A stretch of 64,000 bases of DNA from a virus (lineage: Duplodnaviria > Caudoviricetes): IMG/VR virus record IMGVR_UViG_3300021426_000002, positions 89,203-153,202 of that record; one strand, 5' to 3'. Positions 60,256 through 64,000 of the stretch are shown here, one piece after another (positions within the stretch are counted from its first letter, which is position 1; every line of letters begins with the position of its first letter). Both the position numbers and the translations under genes were made by a program. The notes under the pieces are model-generated. The model had not been told where the DNA came from. It made no database searches and was given only the letters and a program-made list of their open reading frames with translations.

Positions 60256-61914
60256 TTAGTCTGTACTAGGTTTAGGAGCATCATTACTCCCATTGGCTCT
60301 AGTGGCAATCGTGGTTTCAACCATTGAGTCTTTGTCAACAGGTCTGCCACCTTTATCATCACCATTATTGCCATTATATGTAAAAGAAGTCATATGAACA
60401 GGATATTTATTTTCAATATCGTCTTCAAGTTCTTGATCCAGAAGCGCAAAGAAAACATCCGGCTTAATGCCGACAGCAGCAGCCCAAAGAGAAAGACTAC
60501 CTTTGCCCTGTAAATACAACTCTTTAGCGTAAGCGACCATATCTGTTTTGTTTACATGAGTAATTCGCAGATAACTTACACTAACCTTATTGCTACTATC
60601 TTTAACAATATTCTTATTGATAACCTTGTTTAATTCATACTCGATTGATTCAAGATACTGAAAAATCTGAGCGGAAACAAGTTCAAGATTTTCATGCTGT
60701 GCGGAATAGCTACCAGAACCAACGCCATTGAGCAATCCACCAGCAAGACCAATATCAAGTGAAATCTTGTCATTGAGATTTGATTCGTACTTATCGTCAA
60801 AGATATCTGTGTTTGCAGCCTGGATAGCATCAATCTTTGTACCCGCTGCAACAGAGAAGAAAGAAGTACCGCCTAAATTGTTCTTGTTTAACACGGCAGA
60901 CTTTACAGCGTCATGCTGTCTTTGCTGCTGTGTCTTTGTAAGAGCGGAAGTACCCTTATCTTTTCCCTCCGGAAATGTCTGGTATATAATACGATTGTTG
61001 ATTTCATCTAAGACATTACGCTTTGTCTGAGTAAAATAATCACCATATAAAATATCAGCGATGGCTGCTATTACAAGCGGTCTGCCCCACGGTTCATCTT
61101 GTTTGCTCTTGATCTTACAAACAATCGTTTTGTTTGAATCAAGAACCACCCAATTACCTTTTCTGTTTTGGTTTTTACTCTTTGCATTATAAGCGTCTCT
61201 AATTTCCTTTGGGTATTTGCGCAACTTATTTTCAACTGATTCACCAGTAGCAAAATTGAAATAATCTAAGTTAAATGCAATTACATAATTTGAATTTTTC
61301 TTACCTACAATTTTTGTGTAATCTGCCGGAAGAGAAATAACACTTGCATTAATACCTAAATCATTGATCTCATAAATTGTTTCCACTTCATAATCAGATA
61401 AGAATTTCTGATTGTTAAGCGGTCTGGTATTAGTTTCAAAATAATAGAACGCAGTTCCCTCAACCATCATTCTAAACAAAGCGTCTCTTACAAACTCTTT
61501 GTCTTTGATTGTTTCAAGCGTGGATTCCATCAGCATACGATTCTTTTTCTTCTTCTTTTCGCTGCGTCCATACGGAACAACCACACGATCAAGGGTCGGC
61601 ATCGCAACCATATAATCAACTGAATTACTAAAAGTACCATTCGTGCCGTACAGAACTAATGATAGTTTCCTAAGAAATTCATTATTAGCCATTGGGTCTT
61701 TTACCAATTCTTTCAACTGCTCCGGCGAACAATAGTCAAAGATGTTTAGTCCAAAGTAATAATTGGACAGCGCAACTCTGCCATGATATGACTCATACTC
61801 ATAGGATTCAGTATTGCCTTTATTGGATTGAACAGTATTTGTCTCACTTGCTTTCTTTTTGGGAGGACGCCCCCTCTTATTCGGAACAGGCGAGACGTTA
61901 TCTTTTTCAGCCAT
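60256..61914 (-). CDS. portal protein
   Basis: 552 aa after the terminase; WGRP motif and C-terminal GGRP. Confidence 0.75.
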   Translation of the reverse strand: MAEKDNVSPVPNKRGRPPKKKASETNTVQSNKGNTESYEYESYHGRVALSNYYFGLNIFDYCSPEQLKELVKDPMANNEFLRKLSLVLYGTNGTFSNSVDYMVAMPTLDRVVVPYGRSEKKKKKNRMLMESTLETIKDKEFVRDALFRMMVEGTAFYYFETNTRPLNNQKFLSDYEVETIYEINDLGINASVISLPADYTKIVGKKNSNYVIAFNLDYFNFATGESVENKLRKYPKEIRDAYNAKSKNQNRKGNWVVLDSNKTIVCKIKSKQDEPWGRPLVIAAIADILYGDYFTQTKRNVLDEINNRIIYQTFPEGKDKGTSALTKTQQQRQHDAVKSAVLNKNNLGGTSFFSVAAGTKIDAIQAANTDIFDDKYESNLNDKISLDIGLAGGLLNGVGSGSYSAQHENLELVSAQIFQYLESIEYELNKVINKNIVKDSSNKVSVSYLRITHVNKTDMVAYAKELYLQGKGSLSLWAAAVGIKPDVFFALLDQELEDDIENKYPVHMTSFTYNGNNGDDKGGRPVDKDSMVETTIATRANGSNDAPKPSTD

Positions 61915-61923
61915 ATATCCTCC

Positions 61924-63750
61924 TTAGTTTATCAAGACTTCAAATTCATAATCTTCAACATTAGAAAGTAAGTCCTGTTCAAGATAATCACAAAACAGAG
62001 AACCATAAGAAACAGAAGTGTATCTGTCCTTTCGATTGTTTCCTCTTTCGTGAATTGTAATTATACCTGTTTGTACGTTCTTCTCATAAACAAGTCCTGT
62101 GGTTTCACTAATCAAGGCTTGTGTCTGCAAGAACGGATTTTCGAAAAATATCTGTGTATCTGCGTCTTGTGCATCTACATATTCTTTGTTGTTCGGAAGT
62201 ATCTCTTCGCTTGCAACATCGAAACCAACTAGCAAATCTATCCTCTCTTCATCTAATACACGTTTAAAGTTTTGTGCAATTTCGCTGTTGAGTTTCGGAG
62301 TAGCAATTACAGCAAAGATACATGGTGTAGCGCCTTCCGCTTTCACACGATTTGCGGTCTTTTCATCATTCATACAAGACAATGGAGCATATTCGCAATC
62401 TCGTTCTTCATCGTACATAACTCTAGCTAAGTTGTCATACACAGAAATTCCGGCATTCCGTAAGTCAAGTACGATATAATCAGCTTCAAAGTCTTCATAA
62501 AGTTGTCTGATTCTTATAGATTGTTTTACAGTGTCTCCACCTTGAATGGCCTCCATGTATGGAACGATACGTCTATAACCGCTATTAACATTTATCGTAT
62601 CATCATTGTGCCTATTGTATGTTTGATACTCCGGCAAGAACCGCATACAAGAGAAAATAGAATTGTCGTTTTTCTTATCTTCGACAAAAGCCATATCGCA
62701 GCTTATGATCCTTACTTCTCCTGGTTGCCGTTGTATAGCATACGGATTCTTCTTGTTTAATCTTGCTTCTATATTTCTTCGTGGGTAAAAAGCCTTTTTG
62801 CATCTCTGGTTTTTCCTCAATAAGCTATATGGGAAATATGCGCTTGTGTTTTCTTTTACCCTCGCATTTAAGAATTCAATCGCCCACGTTAGCGGGTCTT
62901 GCTTCTTCTTCTCGTTCCGCATATATGTGAATGATTTAATTTTGTGCCGCAATGTTATACTTTCATCAAAAGCCAACAAATACATAGCTTCATTGTTAAT
63001 CATTCCGTCATACGCTTGGTCTGCGATTGTCCACATCCAATGTCCATCATCAAACCACGATGAAGAAATATAAACGTCAACACTTTCTTCCTCTAACTCT
63101 GGTATGTTCTCATAGAACGCCGGATTCATTTTGTACGGCGGTCTTCGTATGATTTGGAACGGAGCAAGAACGGAGTCTTCAACTTTCTTATCAATCTGCC
63201 GAAACTCTTCACGGATAATGCATGTCGAACGATAACCACGCCCATTGTCACTTGCGGGAACAACGGTTATTGTGCTGCTATTCCTAAAGAAAACAACAAC
63301 TTCATTCTGATTATCCTTGATCTTCTCAATTTCTTTAGCAAGCATTTTTGACTTGCTCATAAGTTCCTTTTGAATCTTTTCGGAAACGATAAGTTTACTT
63401 TGCCCTTTGGTTGCAGAACAAAGAACAATCTTTGAACCAGGACAAACGATACATTTACAACAAGCGAATATAGCAATAATAAATGACTTGGCTGCTGCTC
63501 GGCTTGCGATGATACAAACAAATCTGCTTATACCCATTAAATACAAAATGACTATCTGGTATGGGTATAAACTCAAACCTAGATAGTCAATCGCTACACG
63601 GTGCAGATTTCTTCGAAAGAATGTATTCCACAAAATAAAGTGGTCTAAATTTGTTTCGTCATATAAAAAATGCGTTTGGGGAAATTTCTCATTTACAACC
63701 TTTTGGTATTCGTCAGCGTTACGGCTCTTATATTTATTCTTCGTCACCAT
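61924..63750 (-). CDS. terminase large subunit
   Basis: LYPYQ, ASRAAAKS Walker A, GRGYR...IREEF Walker B, SCDMA nuclease motif and KDRY. Confidence 0.9.
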   Translation of the reverse strand: MVTKNKYKSRNADEYQKVVNEKFPQTHFLYDETNLDHFILWNTFFRRNLHRVAIDYLGLSLYPYQIVILYLMGISRFVCIIASRAAAKSFIIAIFACCKCIVCPGSKIVLCSATKGQSKLIVSEKIQKELMSKSKMLAKEIEKIKDNQNEVVVFFRNSSTITVVPASDNGRGYRSTCIIREEFRQIDKKVEDSVLAPFQIIRRPPYKMNPAFYENIPELEEESVDVYISSSWFDDGHWMWTIADQAYDGMINNEAMYLLAFDESITLRHKIKSFTYMRNEKKKQDPLTWAIEFLNARVKENTSAYFPYSLLRKNQRCKKAFYPRRNIEARLNKKNPYAIQRQPGEVRIISCDMAFVEDKKNDNSIFSCMRFLPEYQTYNRHNDDTINVNSGYRRIVPYMEAIQGGDTVKQSIRIRQLYEDFEADYIVLDLRNAGISVYDNLARVMYDEERDCEYAPLSCMNDEKTANRVKAEGATPCIFAVIATPKLNSEIAQNFKRVLDEERIDLLVGFDVASEEILPNNKEYVDAQDADTQIFFENPFLQTQALISETTGLVYEKNVQTGIITIHERGNNRKDRYTSVSYGSLFCDYLEQDLLSNVEDYEFEVLIN

Positions 63751-64000
63751 CTTCGGTATCTTCTACACTGAATTCATAATCTCGGTCACTTGTACCATGC
63801 ATAAGATTTCGTAACGGACGTAATACAAATCGTTCAAAATATTCACCAACATTATCAAAATCGTTAAATAGTGATTTGTTCTTGTAATACTCCGCTGGTG
63901 TATATTCCTCTATTCGTCTTACCCATTCTCCCCAACAATCGTTACTGTCACTTTCAATTTCTCTGACAGCTTTTAAACCAGCTTGTGTAAATGTCTTTCT
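63734..64000 (-). CDS. partial conserved protein upstream of terminase (possible small subunit)
   Basis: Open frame RKTFTQAGL...GEWVRRIEEYTPAEYY...RPLRNL; overlaps the terL start. Confidence 0.5.
   Translation of the reverse strand, partial: RKTFTQAGLKAVREIESDSNDCWGEWVRRIEEYTPAEYYKNKSLFNDFDNVGEYFERFVLRPLRNLMHGTSDRDYEFSVEDTEDGDEE

Noticed and set aside
1-64000. Alternative genetic code (stop-codon reassignment)
   Set aside because: Genes are full length under code 11, and all interruptions are explained by introns or one frameshift.

Overview
This 64 kb window is part of a large temperate siphovirus-type phage with SPbeta-like gene order and a probable Clostridia/Lachnospiraceae host, shown in its excised form. 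The left arm (+ strand, 1-25.5 kb) carries tRNA/RNA-repair genes (CCA-adding enzyme C-terminus, RNA ligase, PNK-HD) and a frameshifted PAPS-reductase-family gene. It also carries a recombination/replication set: Sak3, SSB, DnaB, primase, a PD-(D/E)XK nuclease, and DnaE split by a group I intron that encodes a LAGLIDADG endonuclease. Next come an ERCC4 nuclease, a coupled TARG1-like macrodomain and PARP1/3-like WGR-helical-ART gene pair, nucleotide metabolism genes (thyX, gmk, nrdD, nrdG, dut), and xis - attP (3' half of tRNA-Trp) - integrase. The right arm (- strand, 64-25.7 kb) encodes terminase, portal, scaffold, capsid, tail genes, RecU, two further tyrosine recombinases, lysis genes and a phosphoesterase-bearing tail-type protein. 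Its tape-measure gene (about 2623 aa) is interrupted by three group I introns separated by 112-nt and 61-nt micro-exons. The most notable observations are the phage PARP writer/eraser pair, the triple-intron tape-measure gene (one intron has a C instead of U at the 5' splice site), and an asymmetric 18-bp motif (AAAAC-YAWW-ACAGAAAAG) found 7 times, always oriented with transcription. All functional calls come from reading motifs by eye; no database searches were run.
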